From Lama guanicoe (Eukaryota), in assembly GCA_013239625.1 (NCBI GenBank), contig MU056050.1, positions 5,775,366 through 5,839,365 of the forward strand: 64,000 nt of DNA. Reading direction: 5' to 3'. The notes beneath the pieces are model-generated. The model did not search any database. It had not been told where the DNA came from and saw only the letters and a list, made by a program, of their open reading frames with translations. Position 1 is the stretch's first letter; the number at the start of each line of letters is the position of its first letter. Positions 61,932 through 64,000 of this stretch are shown piece after piece. Both the position numbers and the translations under genes were made by a program.

Positions 61932-62426
61932 CTGGACGGGAAAAGAAGATGAATAGAATGATTTTTTCTTGGCCCACACCACCACAGACCTCTGCCAGAC
62001 GGAGAAGTATTGATGGAATTTGAAGTGACCAGGAAAAATGCAGGTGTGCCCTCAGCTTCACAACTTGAACCGTGAAATATAAGAAAAACTGGTAGCAGGT
62101 GGGGGGTATCGCTTTTGGCTCCCACGTCTGAACGTACCCAATTCAAAGTCGAGAGCTGCTACACACAAGACATTTGATGTACAGGGAACTGATATTTAAC
62201 ATGAGATTTTCAATCATTATAAAAAGGTTTGCTAATACATAAGGGACAGACGTTGAGTTTAATTAAATGTGCTGGATAAAGGCTGTTTAACCTATAACTA
62301 CAGTTGCTGAAAATCTTTCAAAAATTCAAAAATTCATTTGTCAGTTTTCCGTATGCGTGTGCCTACTCCCTTCTAGACACTGTGCTAGGTGTCACAATGA
62401 CTCCAAACATTAAGAAATCACTGCAA

Positions 62427-62555
62427 GGGGGAGGCTCTAACTCAAATGGGAGAATGAGTGCTTAGCATGCATGAGGTCCTGGGTTCCATCCCCAGTACCT
62501 CCTCTAAAAAAGTAAGTAAGTAAACCTAATTATCTCCCCCAAAAATAAAAAATTA
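62427..62555 (+). mobile_element. tRNA-derived SINE, Vic-1 type, inside an L2 end
   Basis: gggggaggctctaactcaaatgggagaatgagtgcttagcatgcatgaggtcctgggttccatccccagtacctcc...aaacctaattatctcccc; TSD aagaa[a/g]tcactgc at 62412-62424 and 62556-62568. Confidence 0.9.
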
Positions 62556-62664
62556 AAGAAGTCACTGCTCCTGCCTTCAATGAATGAACTCATAATCTCT
62601 TAGGTGAAATCATTAGAACCCGACATACTCACTAAAAACAAACAGCTACTAGGGTTACAGTAGG

Positions 62665-62910
62665 AACAATTGCTAACATTTCTTGGGGGCTTATATGTTG
62701 AATTTAAGTGATTCACAGACATTAACTCATTTAATCCTCCCAGTCATTCTACCACATGGATATGACTAGTATCCCCACTTAACAGGAGAAGCAATTGATA
62801 TTCGGAGTATTTGAATCAACTGTTCCAAGTCCACCCAGAAAAGTGGTGGAACTGGGAATTGTACAGAGGGTGATCCCAAAGGCCATGCTTTTGAATTGCA
62901 TACTCTACTA
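62665..62910 (-). mobile_element. MIR SINE
   Basis: gacattaactcatttaatcctccc...tatccccacttaacagga...tccaagtccacccag...aagtggtggaactgggaatt. Confidence 0.75.
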
Positions 62911-64000
62911 CTTCCCAGCAGGAGGATGTCTTTGATTCAAAGAAAGAAATCCACTTGGTCCAGAAGTTCAGGGAAGGTGATCTAGAGACATGAAAGTTTG
63001 CATAGTAGCACCCAGATCAGCATTCATGGTCGGATAGCTCCCCAGCTGCCCCTACAACTATTCTGCTACCACACAGCTAAGCTTGTTCCCAGCCTGATTT
63101 CACATGATCTGTCTAGGTCGTGGTCCTTCCTTTCCCAGCTTTGAGGATTCTTCTGGGCCATCTCAGGCATCTAAAAAGTAGATGCTAAAGAAACCTTCCT
63201 TCTTTAATTTCGAAACATTGTACTTCTCTGTTTTTACACCGGAATCTATAATCACCCTTCACAACTATGCAGTGTAGCCAAAAGGGTCTCATCAAAGTCA
63301 AAAGCAGGAAAACATGGATCCAGGTCTTCACAAAATGATACCTAAAGTCATTTCAATATCACTGAAGGACTAAATTGTGGGTCTACCAAGACATAGATTT
63401 AAATTATGATATTTCACATGTTCTTTTTATGTTACAATTATTCAGTTCTTTTGGGCTAAATTAAGATTGGGATCTTCAACCTCTTTTGACTAATGCCTAT
63501 TGTCAATCTCAGTTTCCCCATAACCATGCATTTTCCAGTAGTTACTATGCTGTCCTTTCTTTGTGTAAGGATATTTCACAAAAGGCAGGGTTTTCTGGCA
63601 GCCACAAACAGCTACCACCAATGCTATGGGAACAATTTTATAGAAACCACATGGCTAATTAACAGGATGCTCATAAAACAAGAGAGTCCTAAAATATTGA
63701 AATAGAACACTGGCTTCTAAATTAAGAAACATGGGGCAGGGGTGAGGGAAGGAAGAGATTCTTATATGATGACTGCTCCTCTCCCTCCATTATCTGAGTT
63801 GATCACATCCCTTGTGAGAAAAAAAAATTACTGTTTTAAAATCTCTTTAGCTATAATTAACATCCCACTGGTCTCTTCTGGCTTTTTTCTATGACAGAGA
63901 TTGTCTAACATGGACCTCTGACGGCTAAACTGTAAAAGATCTATAATCCCCAAAAGCTGTGAGCAAAATTCTGTGTATCTAAGTGCGGGGAGAAGGTTCA

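Noticed and set aside
61832..62146. 104-aa minus-strand ORF as a coding exon
   Set aside because: Starts at TTG, no recognisable homology, and all frames close before the donor at 61648.
1..64000. CRISPR array, operon or other prokaryote-type system
   Set aside because: No regularly spaced direct repeats or dense coding content; the sequence is repeat-rich mammalian non-coding DNA.

Overview
This is mammalian nuclear DNA, almost certainly from a camelid (camel, alpaca, llama or vicuna). It carries six copies of a short tRNA-derived SINE matching the camelid Vic-1 type, plus camelid/artiodactyl-type L1 3' ends. The window looks like the inside of a large intron or a gene desert. It is a mosaic of ancient eutherian repeats (MIR, L2, L3/CR1, MamSINE1, old L1M, hAT MITEs MER3/MER5/MER20/MER58/Charlie1, ERVL/MaLR LTRs) and younger lineage-specific insertions, several with clean target-site duplications. 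I recognise no protein-coding gene, tRNA/rRNA gene or CRISPR-like system; the ORF track is chance ORFs plus decayed L1 ORF2 pieces. The most interesting items are: (i) a ~155-bp degenerate palindrome at 32.7-32.9 kb with inverted NR4A (NBRE) octamers; (ii) several repeat-free, motif-dense or CpG-retaining blocks that look like conserved non-coding elements; (iii) candidate minus-strand exons (61.6-61.9 kb, 54.7 kb, 48.2-48.3 kb, 13.0-13.2 kb), two of which splice in frame; (iv) a chimeric or internally deleted L1 with nested insertions. Repeat family names come from my recall of consensus sequences and boundaries are approximate. I found no convincing evidence of a new biological system.
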